Shown: positions 39,807 through 50,722 of the stretch, piece by piece
Position numbering within the stretch: position 1 is the stretch's first letter
How the letters are laid out: every line of letters begins with the position of its first letter
Position numbers and translations under genes: made by a program
NCBI GenBank assembly: GCA_013215105.1
Contig: JABSPL010000199.1
Location: 1 to 64,000 of the forward strand
Direction of reading: 5' to 3'
DNA: 64,000 bases
Source: Flavobacteriaceae bacterium
GTDB lineage: Bacteria; Bacteroidota; Bacteroidia; Flavobacteriales; Flavobacteriaceae
Notes under the pieces: generated by a model
What the model was told of the DNA's origin: nothing
What the model saw: only the letters and a program-made list of their open reading frames with translations
Databases searched by the model: none

Positions 39807-40412
39807 TTAATGCTCTTTATTAAGTTTAATACCTGCATTTACTCTTAATTTTATATCGTTTTCTGTAGGGGGGACAGGGCAAGAATATTTATCTCTATAG
39901 GCACAGAACGGATTATATGCTTTATTGAAATCTATAACTATAGTATCTCCTGTGGGGATATTTAAGTCTATATATCTGCCGCCTCCGTAAGTACTTTCGT
40001 TGTTGGTTAGGTCGGTAAAAGGTAAGAATAAATGGTTTTTGTACTCATCCATAAGTCTTAATTGATGACTCTGATATATTGTTAGTCGGTATTGTTTGCC
40101 TTCGAAAGTAAAAACAGCTTCTGCATATTTGTCGTAAACAGGCATTCTGTTTGTAGATGTTTTCATTCTAAAAGAATTCCCCGTCTCTAGTCTTATGAAT
40201 TTGGCTTTTATCCTAAAAGATTCATCTATTTCGAAAAAGTCGTGAGCCTCAAATTTCTTAATAGCTTCTTTGGATAACGGAGATTTTTTTGGGTTAGAAT
40301 ATTCTTTATTTAATTCGTCTTGAAATTTTCTAATTTCTTCTGTATGTGACAAATCTTGTGCTTGTGTGGTGTATCCTAAAAGGATTAATATTAGTATTGT
40401 TGTTATTCTCAT
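39807..40412 (-). CDS. hypothetical secreted protein
   Basis: signal peptide; 201 aa; no confident family. Confidence 0.5.
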   Translation of the reverse strand: MRITTILILILLGYTTQAQDLSHTEEIRKFQDELNKEYSNPKKSPLSKEAIKKFEAHDFFEIDESFRIKAKFIRLETGNSFRMKTSTNRMPVYDKYAEAVFTFEGKQYRLTIYQSHQLRLMDEYKNHLFLPFTDLTNNESTYGGGRYIDLNIPTGDTIVIDFNKAYNPFCAYRDKYSCPVPPTENDIKLRVNAGIKLNKEH

Positions 40413-40421
40413 TTGTATATT

Positions 40422-40853
40422 TTAATTTTGGTTAATTTCAAAACTCATCATCCAGTTTATACCAAACTTATCTGTTAGCGTACCGAAATATGACCCCCAA
40501 AAAGTATCTTCCAAAGGCATAGTTATTTTGGCTTCTACCGACAAGGCTTTAAATAATTTATCGGCTTCCTCACGACTATCAGCGTTTATAGATGCCGAAA
40601 AATTATTTCCTTGTACAAATTCACCAGAAAACTCATTAGAAATATCGCTACCCATCAGAACACTTCCTCCTATAGGCAGGGATATGTGCATTATTTTATC
40701 TTTATCAGATTCTTTTATTTTGATATTTTCATTAGCGGGCATATCTACATATTTGCCTATATGTTGAAATTCGCCTCCAAACACTAATTGATAGAAATCA
40801 AAAGCTTCTTTGCAATTACCGTTAAAGGTTAAGTATATGTTTATTGTAGCCAT
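40422..40853 (-). CDS. VOC/glyoxalase-superfamily protein (PhnB-like)
   Basis: 'YLTFNGNCKEAFDFY' N-terminal signature. Confidence 0.6.
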   Translation of the reverse strand: MATINIYLTFNGNCKEAFDFYQLVFGGEFQHIGKYVDMPANENIKIKESDKDKIMHISLPIGGSVLMGSDISNEFSGEFVQGNNFSASINADSREEADKLFKALSVEAKITMPLEDTFWGSYFGTLTDKFGINWMMSFEINQN

Positions 40854-41089
40854 ATTTTTATTATTAAATTAGGTTTAAATATACAAAAATAGTTAGTATT
40901 CTTTTTAGGATAATTATTTATTTGGAGAGACACTCTTTTCGTACAGGCAGGATAACTAACCTGATAGTTTATGCTCGTGATTTATTTAGATATTAGAAAC
41001 AATAAATTTATTAATAGTATGTATTTTTTTTTACGTAACTTTGTGGTTCTAAGATATTTAAATTATATTTAGGTGTTGGTGATAAAAAA

Positions 41090-43459
41090 ATGCATATGAA
41101 AAACATACAATTATTAATTTTTATAATTTTCGTAAATACCATAAGTTCTCAACAGTTATATACTTTTAGTGGTATAGTCAAAGATAAAGATAGTGGTGAA
41201 ACATTGATAGATGCTACTATAATGATTTCGGATATTAACAGAGGTGTTACGACCAATGAATATGGTTATTTTTCTATAAACTTACCTAGCAGTACTTATA
41301 AAGTCATAATAAGCTATATAGGGTATGAATTTATAGAGGAAACTATAGAATTGAATAAGAATATAAGGGAAAACTACAGTCTAAGTATGCTTTCCTCAGA
41401 GTTGGAAGAAGTGAGCCTATCATATAATTACAAAAAGTTAAATTTAAGGAAGGCAGAGACTAGTGTTCATAAGCTTAATATTGAAGAGGTTAAATCAATA
41501 CCAATGGTTTTGGGCGAGATAGATCCTATCAAAAGTTTGTCGTCGCTTCCTGGAGTTAGTAATGCTGGAGAGAATACTATCGGTTTTAATGTAAGGGGTG
41601 GTGCTGCAGATCAGAATTTGATAACTATAGATGAAGCTGTTATATATAACCCTAATCACCTTATAGGTTTAGTCTCTTCTTTTAATGGAGATGCTATAAA
41701 AAGTATGAAACTATATAAAGGAGGTATACCTGCAAAGTATGGAGGTAGGATATCTTCTTATTTAGATATAAAATTAAAAGACGGTAATACTAAGCATATT
41801 AAAGTAGAAGGAGGTATAGGTGTAGTTTCGAGTAGACTTATGATAGAAGGACCTATCAATAATAAAGAAAATGGTTCTTTTCTTATATCAGGAAGAACAT
41901 CTTATGTCGAGAACGTAGCTAAGATTTTTACTGATATTAAAGGATTTAGATTAGGTTTTTATGATCTTAATGCTAAAGTAAACTATAATTTAAACGAAAA
42001 TAATAGACTGTTTATATCTAGCTATTTGGGTAAAGATGATATAAGGTGGAATGAGATACATAACGATTTTGGTAATTTTACATCGATAATAAGATGGAAC
42101 AATATAATAAATAATAAATTGTTTTCGAACTTATCTTTGATACATTCCAATTATGAATATAATCTTAAACTCGATTACAAAGCGATGTCTTGGGAGTCTG
42201 GAATAAAAAGTTATAATGTGAAATATGATTTATCTAACAATTATTCTGATGTTCTTAATATAGAATATGGTTTAGCATCTACATATTATGTGTTAAATCC
42301 TGGATATATAACGCCTTCAGAAGCAGGGTCGTTGATAGTTGTTAAAAAGCTACAAGACAAAAAGGCAATAGAATCAGCTTTGTATATATCGGCAGATTAT
42401 GAACTTAACGATAATATATCTATTAGGTTAGGTCTCAGGTACAGTATGTTTCACCGATTAGGTAATTATACACTAAAACTGTATCAAAACAATGCTCCCA
42501 TAATATATGATGATCAGTTAGGAGTCTACACTAAAGGAATTGTTACTTCCGAAAAAGATTACGGCTCAGAGTCTATAGCCGTATTTTCGGAGCCAGAACC
42601 TAGACTAGCTATTTCTTTTGTGCTAGACGATCACAATTCTCTGAAGTTTGGATATAATAGAACTATTCAATATATGCACCTTTTATCTAACACGATATCA
42701 CCAACTCCTTATGATAATTGGATACCTAGTGGTAAATATATAGAACCTAAAAAAGCTAATCAATATAATATAGGTTTGTATAATAATAGTGATGATTATA
42801 TTTATTCTACCCAAATAGAGGCTTATTATAAGGAGACCAAAAACATATTGGACTATATTGATGGAGTCGATTTTATAGCCATAGAAAATGTAGAGCAAAA
42901 TATATTGAGAGGAGAAGCAGTATCTTATGGTTTAGAATTAATGGTTAAAAAAAACAAAGGAAATTTCACTGGTTGGATTAGTTGTACGATATCTAAAGCT
43001 AAGCAGCGAGCTAAAGGAGATATTGAAGGAGGCCCTGGTGTTAATAATGGAGATTGGTACTATTCTAACCAAGACAGGTTAATTGATATATCGATTGTAG
43101 GAATGAACAAACTTACTAAAAGGTGGTCTACGGGATTTAATTTTACATATCAAACAGGTAGACCTAGTACTTTTCCCGAGTCAAGATATTCTTATGGCGA
43201 TTTTCTTCTTCCTAGTTATTCTGACAGGAACACTGACAGGTACACCCCTTATCATCATTTAGATATTTTTTTTACTCGTAAGAGAAAGGCTAACCAAAGA
43301 CGAAGGTGGAAGGGCGAATGGGTTTATAGTATATATAATGTATACAATAGGCAGAATATGGATTTAATCTATTTTGATAATGAAGAAGAGGGAGGCTCAG
43401 CTACAAAATTCTCTTATTTTGGTATAGTACCTTCGATTAGTTATAATTTTAAATTTTAG
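41090..43459 (+). CDS. TonB-dependent outer-membrane receptor (CarboxypepD_reg + plug + barrel)
   Basis: N-terminal 'FSGIVKDKDSGETLIDATI', plug motifs, C-terminal aromatic terminus F. Confidence 0.85.
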   Translation: MHMKNIQLLIFIIFVNTISSQQLYTFSGIVKDKDSGETLIDATIMISDINRGVTTNEYGYFSINLPSSTYKVIISYIGYEFIEETIELNKNIRENYSLSMLSSELEEVSLSYNYKKLNLRKAETSVHKLNIEEVKSIPMVLGEIDPIKSLSSLPGVSNAGENTIGFNVRGGAADQNLITIDEAVIYNPNHLIGLVSSFNGDAIKSMKLYKGGIPAKYGGRISSYLDIKLKDGNTKHIKVEGGIGVVSSRLMIEGPINNKENGSFLISGRTSYVENVAKIFTDIKGFRLGFYDLNAKVNYNLNENNRLFISSYLGKDDIRWNEIHNDFGNFTSIIRWNNIINNKLFSNLSLIHSNYEYNLKLDYKAMSWESGIKSYNVKYDLSNNYSDVLNIEYGLASTYYVLNPGYITPSEAGSLIVVKKLQDKKAIESALYISADYELNDNISIRLGLRYSMFHRLGNYTLKLYQNNAPIIYDDQLGVYTKGIVTSEKDYGSESIAVFSEPEPRLAISFVLDDHNSLKFGYNRTIQYMHLLSNTISPTPYDNWIPSGKYIEPKKANQYNIGLYNNSDDYIYSTQIEAYYKETKNILDYIDGVDFIAIENVEQNILRGEAVSYGLELMVKKNKGNFTGWISCTISKAKQRAKGDIEGGPGVNNGDWYYSNQDRLIDISIVGMNKLTKRWSTGFNFTYQTGRPSTFPESRYSYGDFLLPSYSDRNTDRYTPYHHLDIFFTRKRKANQRRRWKGEWVYSIYNVYNRQNMDLIYFDNEEEGGSATKFSYFGIVPSISYNFKF

Positions 43460-43463
43460 AAAC

Positions 43464-44273
43464 ATGAAAGCATTTTGTATTTTAATTATAGTATTCGTAT
43501 TATCCTCTTGTACCGAAATAATAGAGGTAGAAACTTCATCTGAAAAAGAACGTTTAGTTATAGAATCTTCCTTTGTTTTAGGAAAACCCATCACTAGAAT
43601 CTATTTATCAGTAAGTTACCCTTATTTTGAAGCATTAAACGATGGGATAAATCCTTCTGATGTTTCTGAGGTGTCTGTTACTACTAGTAAAGGTAATACT
43701 TGCCGTTATCATTTAATACAAGGGGATTATAACTATATGGGTAAATATACATATCAATCGGATGAATTATTGCTGAAATTAGACGAAACATACACTTTGA
43801 AAATAGTCTATAAAAACGAAATTTATATAGGGAAAGAGACATTATTAGAAACACCAGAAGTAAACAGGGGAAACTTCAATTACAATCAAGGTATTTATTC
43901 TGATACTACATATTTTACATTTTTTTTCGATGATTTATATGTTGAAGATAACTTTTACATAATACAAGACTACTCAGATAGGATATACTATTTTGTAGAT
44001 GACAATAACAAATCTGATGATGAGGTGTGGGTTAGAATTACCGAGTTTGATTATTCTAATGTAGTGCTTTTAAATACTTCTGAACATTATCAAAAGTATA
44101 TGAGTGTGTTGGTAAGTCAAAGGGATGTGCAGTATGACCCTTATGCTAACGCTACTTCAATAGCGAAAGGGAATTGTTATAATAAGACAAATCCTGATAA
44201 TTATCCCTTGGGGTACTTTAGTGTTTTAGATGAAAAAGTGATACATTTACCTGATTATATAGTTCCAAATTAA
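43464..44273 (+). CDS. DUF4249-like lipoprotein (TonB-receptor partner)
   Basis: lipobox LSSCTE; 4 nt after receptor stop. Confidence 0.55.
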   Translation: MKAFCILIIVFVLSSCTEIIEVETSSEKERLVIESSFVLGKPITRIYLSVSYPYFEALNDGINPSDVSEVSVTTSKGNTCRYHLIQGDYNYMGKYTYQSDELLLKLDETYTLKIVYKNEIYIGKETLLETPEVNRGNFNYNQGIYSDTTYFTFFFDDLYVEDNFYIIQDYSDRIYYFVDDNNKSDDEVWVRITEFDYSNVVLLNTSEHYQKYMSVLVSQRDVQYDPYANATSIAKGNCYNKTNPDNYPLGYFSVLDEKVIHLPDYIVPN

Positions 44274-44424
44274 ATAAGATGTTCTACTCTTGTTTGGCTT
44301 TATTATGTCATTTTAATATTCGTTTGTAATAAAAGAAATACACTTGGTTTTATACTTGTATTAGTTTCAATTATGATGTCTTATTGCATTTGCAAGCCTC
44401 AACATTAATACATACTTTTACCTA

Positions 44425-46407
44425 ATGGAATTTGAACTAGAATCAGAATTTAAACCAACAGGAGACCAGCCTCAGGCTATAGAACAACTTGTAAAAGGAA
44501 TTAACGATAACGAAAAATACCAGACCTTGCTAGGTGTAACTGGTTCGGGTAAAACATTTACTATTGCCAATACTATCACTCAGGTACAAAAACCAACATT
44601 GATACTTGCTCATAACAAAACCTTGGCAGCTCAGTTATATGGTGAATTCAAAGAGTTTTTCCCTAATAATGCTGTGGAATACTTCGTTTCTTATTACGAT
44701 TATTATCAACCTGAAGCTTTTATTCCATCTTCGGGAACTTATATAGAAAAAGACCTTAGTATAAACGAAGAAATAGAAAGGTTAAGAATCAAAACATCTG
44801 CCTCACTTATGTCGGGGCGTAGAGATATAATAGTTGTTTCGTCGGTTTCTTGTATTTATGGAATTGGAAACCCTATAGAATTTAAGAAAAGCGTAATAGC
44901 AATAGAAGTTGACCAGCAAATAAGTAGAACAGATTTCTTATACAAATTAGCAAGTAGTCTTTATAGTAGAACCGAAGTCGACATGAAGTCGGGCTCGTTT
45001 ATGGTCAAAGGCGACGTTATAACTATATTACCTCCATACAGCCAACATGCTTTTAAAGTTCATTTTTTTGGAGACGAAATAGAAATAATAGAAAGCTACG
45101 ATTTAGAAAATAACGTGATTTTAGAAAGTTACGACAACCTCGATATTTACCCTGCTAACTTGTTTGTGACCTCTAAAGATTTACTGCAAAAGGCTATAGG
45201 AATGATACAAGACGACTTACTGAAGCAGTTTAATTATTTCAACGATATAGGCAGGAAATCGGAAGCTAAGAGGATAAAAGAACGTACCGAGTTTGACTTA
45301 GAGATGATAAAAGAACTAGGTTATTGTAGTGGTATAGAAAACTATTCCAAATACTTAGACGGCAGAAATACGGGAGATAGACCTTTTTGTCTTTTAGATT
45401 ATTTTCCTGACGATTATTTGATGGTTGTTGATGAGTCTCACGTTACTGTATCGCAAGTAAGTGCCATGTATGGTGGAGATAGATCAAGGAAAGAAAACTT
45501 GGTGGAATATGGTTTTAGACTACCATCGGCTATGGATAATAGACCTTTGAAATTTGATGAATTCGAAGAAATACAAAATCAAGTAATATATGTAAGCGCT
45601 ACTCCTGCCGATTATGAATTGGAGAAAACGGATGGTGTTTTTGTAGAGCAAATAATAAGACCTACAGGTTTACTAGATCCATTAATAGAAGTTCGTCCTA
45701 GCGAAAACCAGATAGATGACCTTACCGAAGAAATACAAATAAGAGTAGAAAAGGACGAAAGAGTACTTATAACTACTTTGACCAAGCGTATGGCCGAGGA
45801 GTTGACTACTTTTTTGACTAAAGTACAGGTTAGATGTAGGTATATACATTCTGATGTAGCGACTATAGAAAGAGTCGAAATACTTGCCGACCTAAGAAGG
45901 GGGCTATTCGATGTGTTAATAGGTGTAAACTTACTAAGAGAAGGTTTAGACTTACCTGAAGTGTCGCTAGTAGCTATACTCGATGCTGACAAGGAAGGTT
46001 TCTTGAGGTCGCATCGCTCACTTACCCAAACCATAGGTCGAGCAGCCCGAAATGTAAATGGACTTGCTATACTCTATGCTGACAAAATTACCAAAAGCAT
46101 GCAGAAAACCATAGATGAGACTGCTAGACGTAGGGAGATACAAGAAAAATACAATAAAGATAATGGTTTGGTGCCTCAGCCCCTCAAGAAATCGTTAAAC
46201 TACGGTTTTGGAGATAATTTCACCAAAGAAGAAGATATAAAACTAAAAGTAGCAGAAGAATCAACTGCTTATATGAACGATATTCAGTTGAAAGATAAAA
46301 TAAAAGAAATGCAAAAAGCCATGGAGAAATCGGCTAAATCTTTAGATTTTATGGCGGCAGCTAAATATAGAGACGAGATAAAAAGACTCAAATCAATGAT
46401 TGAGTAG
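44425..46407 (+). CDS. uvrB: excinuclease ABC subunit B
   Basis: 'GVTGSGKTFT' Walker A, helicase motifs, C-terminal UVR domain. Confidence 0.95.
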   Translation: MEFELESEFKPTGDQPQAIEQLVKGINDNEKYQTLLGVTGSGKTFTIANTITQVQKPTLILAHNKTLAAQLYGEFKEFFPNNAVEYFVSYYDYYQPEAFIPSSGTYIEKDLSINEEIERLRIKTSASLMSGRRDIIVVSSVSCIYGIGNPIEFKKSVIAIEVDQQISRTDFLYKLASSLYSRTEVDMKSGSFMVKGDVITILPPYSQHAFKVHFFGDEIEIIESYDLENNVILESYDNLDIYPANLFVTSKDLLQKAIGMIQDDLLKQFNYFNDIGRKSEAKRIKERTEFDLEMIKELGYCSGIENYSKYLDGRNTGDRPFCLLDYFPDDYLMVVDESHVTVSQVSAMYGGDRSRKENLVEYGFRLPSAMDNRPLKFDEFEEIQNQVIYVSATPADYELEKTDGVFVEQIIRPTGLLDPLIEVRPSENQIDDLTEEIQIRVEKDERVLITTLTKRMAEELTTFLTKVQVRCRYIHSDVATIERVEILADLRRGLFDVLIGVNLLREGLDLPEVSLVAILDADKEGFLRSHRSLTQTIGRAARNVNGLAILYADKITKSMQKTIDETARRREIQEKYNKDNGLVPQPLKKSLNYGFGDNFTKEEDIKLKVAEESTAYMNDIQLKDKIKEMQKAMEKSAKSLDFMAAAKYRDEIKRLKSMIE

Positions 46408-46760
46408 CTCTATTTTTAATATTCATATCTATATGGTTCCTTACCTTGTTTTATTATCTCGACCACTTCATTAGGGGCTTTCTGTGCCGAGTAATAAAAG
46501 TGTAATTTGTTTTTTATTACATCAAAGATATACTTATGTTCAAGTAATAAATGCAATTTTTCTTTTAAAAAAGATACGGTACATATTCTAGTTTTATGAA
46601 TTCATAAATGTTTCAGGTCTATTATTTTCACTATAAATAGGACACTATCTTTAATGGAGTCTCCTTAATTTTACAATAGATATTTTATGTTCATATATCG
46701 GTAAATATAAATAAAACCCAACTAACCCTCTCTAAATAAAATAGTACTAATTAGAGTAAT

Positions 46761-49157
46761 TTACCACCGATCAGAGCAGTCTCCCCATTTAGGGGTTCCC
46801 GTATTTATAGCCCCATCATTAAAACCAGAAGGTTCTGCAGCTACTCCACATGCTTTCCAAGAACTTAAATTTTGATTAAAGTCAACTGCCTGATTAAACA
46901 TGTCTGTCATATCAGAAACACGGCTAACATCCCATTCTCCTATATCTTGATTGAAAGGAGTATTAGCAAACATTGATCTCATAGAATCCACATTACTAAC
47001 ATTCCATTCTCCTATATCTTGATTGAAAGGAGTATTAGCAAGCATTAGATTCATGTATATGACATTACTAACATTCCAAGTCTTTATGTTTTGATTAAAC
47101 ATTGATGCTCCCGCAAACATTTTACCCATATGCCAAACAGAGCTAACATTCCAACCTCCTATATATTTATCGAATTTTGTTGCACTCCTAAACATCCCTC
47201 TCATATTTTTAACAGAGCTAACATCCCATTCTTTCAGATCATGATTAATATTACTACCATAAAACAGATAGCTCATATCAGTAACAGAACTAACATCCCA
47301 AGTATTAATACCCAAATCAATCCATGATTGATCATCTAGGCTAACACTTTCGAACATCCATCTCATATTAGTCACTCCTTCCATATTCGGTTTGTTTATA
47401 GAGGACATAGTTTTTAATCTAGAACAGCTCTTAAAATACCCACCTTCGTTACCAAATCTAAAATCATCTCCCCATCTAAGAATTTTTATTATTTTATATT
47501 TAGATGTTGAATTTTTATCAAAACTAAAACCATGTAACTTACCTTTTATAATCACTGTCATATCTCCTGATCTATCAAATATATGAGAGGCTCCTGCATC
47601 ATTGTGACTAGTAACACTTTCACTATCATAATATCCTGATGAAGAATGCCAGTCAATTTTGAAATCATAATCTCCTCCATCATATATAGGTAATTCTATT
47701 TTATCTCCGGAGTTAACAGAAAAAACAATAACAAAATCGGCTTTACTTATAGTAATGCTATATTCTTTACTTGTACTTTTATCTTCCGATGTTACAATGA
47801 ACCTATTATTAACACCTTCCTGATCTAAATAGACCTTCCTTAAATTTGTAATTTCAATACCATTCACCTCTAAAGAAGCTCCTTCACTTATATTTAATCC
47901 TAATGATGAATCACCTATATTTTCACCAATATATAAGTTAAGTTCTATAATATCTGTTACGGGTATACTACTGCCATATCTATTTAAGGAAGTAATTAAT
48001 GCTTCGTTGTTTTTAGATATATTGACTACTATAGAGTACTCTTTACTAGTTTTCAGATCTTCTGAGGTAACTACAAAAGTCCTTTTAACTCCATCATCAA
48101 AAATGAGATTATTTAAATTTGTTATTTTAATACCATTCTCACTTATAGATGCTCCTGCACTTATAGTTAAATTTAGAGTCTGTATTTCTTCTTTATAAGG
48201 AGAAGAAACATCAATATCATCACTTATTTCTACATCCTGATTATTGTAGCTTATTGAAACTATTTTAGCTTCACTGCCTTTCTCCACACTAATGGTTATA
48301 GAGTACTCTTTACTAGTTTTCAGATCTTCTGAAGTAACTACAAAAGTCCTTTTAACTCCATCATCAAAAATGAGATTATTTAAATTTGTTATTTTAATAC
48401 CATTTTCACTTATAAATGCTCCTGTACTTATAGTTAAATTTAGAGTCTGTATTTCTTCTTTAGAAGGAGAAGAAACATCAATATCATCACTTATTTCTAT
48501 ATCCTGATTATTGTAGCTTATTGAAATTATTTTAGCAGAATTAGATTTCTCTATATTAATAGTTATACTATATTCTTTACTAGCAGATCTATCTTCTGAA
48601 ATTACTATAAAGACTCTCTTAATTCCATCGTTAAAAATAAGATCACTTAATATTGTTATTTCATTATTCCCTTCTTTTAATGTAGCACCCTCACTTATGT
48701 CCAGAGTTATTGTTTGTATTTCTTCGCCATAAGATAAATTAATATTAACATTACTTTTAACTTCTACAGGCTTATCATTATATATTATTGATATCATACT
48801 AGCCTTAGTACTTTTTGGGGAATTAATGGTTAAAGTATACTCGTTAGCTGTCCCATCTTGAGCCGTCACCAGTAAAACCTGAGGAACACCGTTTTCTAAT
48901 TTTAGATCACTAAGGCTAGGAGATATCGTTGCTCCATAACTTACAACTCCAGAGAGTTCAATATCTGATAGGTCTATGTTTTGACTAATAGTAATAGATA
49001 TAGAGTTATTTTCATCAATAATGGTCTCTACAGAATAAGACTTAGCCCCTATTGATAGCTCAACCAAATAAGCCTCGCTATTTAAGACTGGTGTATATTT
49101 ATAACAGCTAAACATCAAAAGTAGCATAGCCAATGAAATTAATGATTTATTCTTCAT
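46761..49157 (-). CDS. BspA-type leucine-rich-repeat (DUF285) surface protein with N-terminal tandem Ig-like repeats
   Basis: C-terminal 'W.VSNV..M..MF..A..FNQDI..W' DUF285 repeats; five ~89-aa N-terminal repeats, three nearly identical. Confidence 0.75.
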   Translation of the reverse strand: MKNKSLISLAMLLLMFSCYKYTPVLNSEAYLVELSIGAKSYSVETIIDENNSISITISQNIDLSDIELSGVVSYGATISPSLSDLKLENGVPQVLLVTAQDGTANEYTLTINSPKSTKASMISIIYNDKPVEVKSNVNINLSYGEEIQTITLDISEGATLKEGNNEITILSDLIFNDGIKRVFIVISEDRSASKEYSITINIEKSNSAKIISISYNNQDIEISDDIDVSSPSKEEIQTLNLTISTGAFISENGIKITNLNNLIFDDGVKRTFVVTSEDLKTSKEYSITISVEKGSEAKIVSISYNNQDVEISDDIDVSSPYKEEIQTLNLTISAGASISENGIKITNLNNLIFDDGVKRTFVVTSEDLKTSKEYSIVVNISKNNEALITSLNRYGSSIPVTDIIELNLYIGENIGDSSLGLNISEGASLEVNGIEITNLRKVYLDQEGVNNRFIVTSEDKSTSKEYSITISKADFVIVFSVNSGDKIELPIYDGGDYDFKIDWHSSSGYYDSESVTSHNDAGASHIFDRSGDMTVIIKGKLHGFSFDKNSTSKYKIIKILRWGDDFRFGNEGGYFKSCSRLKTMSSINKPNMEGVTNMRWMFESVSLDDQSWIDLGINTWDVSSVTDMSYLFYGSNINHDLKEWDVSSVKNMRGMFRSATKFDKYIGGWNVSSVWHMGKMFAGASMFNQNIKTWNVSNVIYMNLMLANTPFNQDIGEWNVSNVDSMRSMFANTPFNQDIGEWDVSRVSDMTDMFNQAVDFNQNLSSWKACGVAAEPSGFNDGAINTGTPKWGDCSDRW
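47780..48860 (-). repeat. intragenic tandem repeats (~267-bp period) within BspA-like gene
   Basis: 'SKEYSITI...FDDGVKRTFVVTSEDLKT' repeated; supplied ORFs 48007-48198 and 48292-48507 are near-identical artefacts of these repeats. Confidence 0.8.
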
Positions 49158-49301
49158 AACATTATAAGTTTACAGAGCAATGCAAAGATAAATAAAAAAA
49201 GGTAAAATACTAGTAATTAAAACATTAAGTGTTTAGTTGCATTTTAAAAATATAATTAATGAATTTATATATGCCTAAAATAGATATGTTTTTAATTGGA
49301 A

Positions 49302-49346
49302 AAACTCTGTAAAGATGATTTGCCTTACAGAGTTTTTTGTTTTTAT
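49302..49346. terminator. terminator hairpin (aaactctgtaaag...cttacagagttt)
   Basis: 13-bp stem flanked by A-run/T-run; downstream of minus-strand pseudogene. Confidence 0.55.
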
Positions 49347-49399
49347 TATGATATAGTACCTCTACTTTATTACAATAAAAAATAATCTAATACAATTAC

Positions 49400-50230
49400 A
49401 AAGAAATGCTAGCAGTCACAACGGTAGATTTATTGTCTTCTTTATTTATTTTATTCCAAGCAAAATATAGCTTACCATCGGCTAATTCCATCTGAGGAAA
49501 ACCATTTATTCTTGAATCAATTTCCAACTATACAGCTATAGATTCTCCTATTTTCCCCGATTTATTGACTTTAACAAATTTAAGAGCTCCACCCTCTTCT
49601 ATAGTCTCTACCCAGCTAACAACTATATTGTCTTTATCTATCATAGCTATACCTACTCTTCCTACAGGGTTAATATTAGATATAGTAATAGGCTTATCGA
49701 AGTTTTCACCACTATCGTCCGAAAACACTAGACTAACTCTAGCCTTTACAGAGGGAGCAGTAAACCAAGCGATAGCTAAACTATTGTATATAGCATCTGC
49801 TTTAGCTCCATTTACAGGACGTCCTTTAATAGTCCAATTGTCATCAAAAATAGTCTTAGGGTTTGTCCAATCACCATCAGCTAACCTAGTTATATAGAAA
49901 TCTCTAACTTCATCATCCCTTCAGTCTCTATAAATAACTACGGGTTCTTTACTGGTTATAGCAGCAGTAGTACCACAGCAATCACAAACTTTGGCATCTA
50001 GCTCTATTTAGTTTATAATAGTTCCATCAGCCGAAATTTCAACAGCCCTTATACTCAGAGCTCCTGTTTTACTAGTAGTATATCTCCAGTCTAACCAAGT
50101 AATAAAAAATGATTTTTCTCTGTAAGGCAGAATAGTAACAAAACCATGTTTGGCTGTAACTCTATCGGTATTCAAGGCTACGTTTGTATTCTATTTGGAG
50201 TTCTTAGAGTTATAAAAATCGTATTTGATA
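49400..50230 (-). pseudogene. BNR/Asp-box (sialidase-like) protein, disrupted
   Basis: Asp-box 'SDDSGENF'; at least three in-frame stops (TAG at 49525-49527, TGA near 49920, TAG near 50190) break a continuous homologous frame. Confidence 0.5.
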
Positions 50231-50334
50231 TCGTAAGTAAAACCATCTTAAGTTTATAAAGCAGTATGTTTAATAAAATAATTAAGCTATAAACAAAGGA
50301 TAATAAGACTGTTAATACCAATCGTATTTAAAAC

Positions 50335-50695
50335 TAATATTATTTAAATGTTCTACGTGAGCTATATTTAAAATAGAAAAGAACTCGTAAAAGTAAAAAA
50401 ATAGGCTATTTATATAGGGCAGATGGAAGTTTAAATAATATAAACTACTCTTTATACTTAGGATAAACTATTTTTTTTATGTTTACGAAAAGTAATTGTT
50501 ACATTTATACTCTTAAATCGTTATAATATATTAATGCTACTTGTATTTCTAAATATCATAATAGAGATGGAATTATTTAAGACTAATATTATTAAGATGT
50601 TCTATGATATCTATTTTTAAAATAAGATAAGAACCCGTAAAAGCAAAAAAGAAACTATTTATATAGTGAGCAGATAGAGATTCAAATGGCATAAC
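50335..50695. repeat. two tandem copies (B1 50335-50440, B2 50535-50695) of the ~160-bp intergenic element also found at 15090-15245
   Basis: direct sequence comparison. Confidence 0.6.
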
Positions 50696-50722
50696 AATAC
50701 AAACAATAAAAAAACAAGAATA

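Noticed and set aside
48007-48507. Two near-identical plus-strand ORFs (63 and 71 aa)
   Set aside because: They are antisense artefacts of the tandem repeats inside the minus-strand BspA-like gene.
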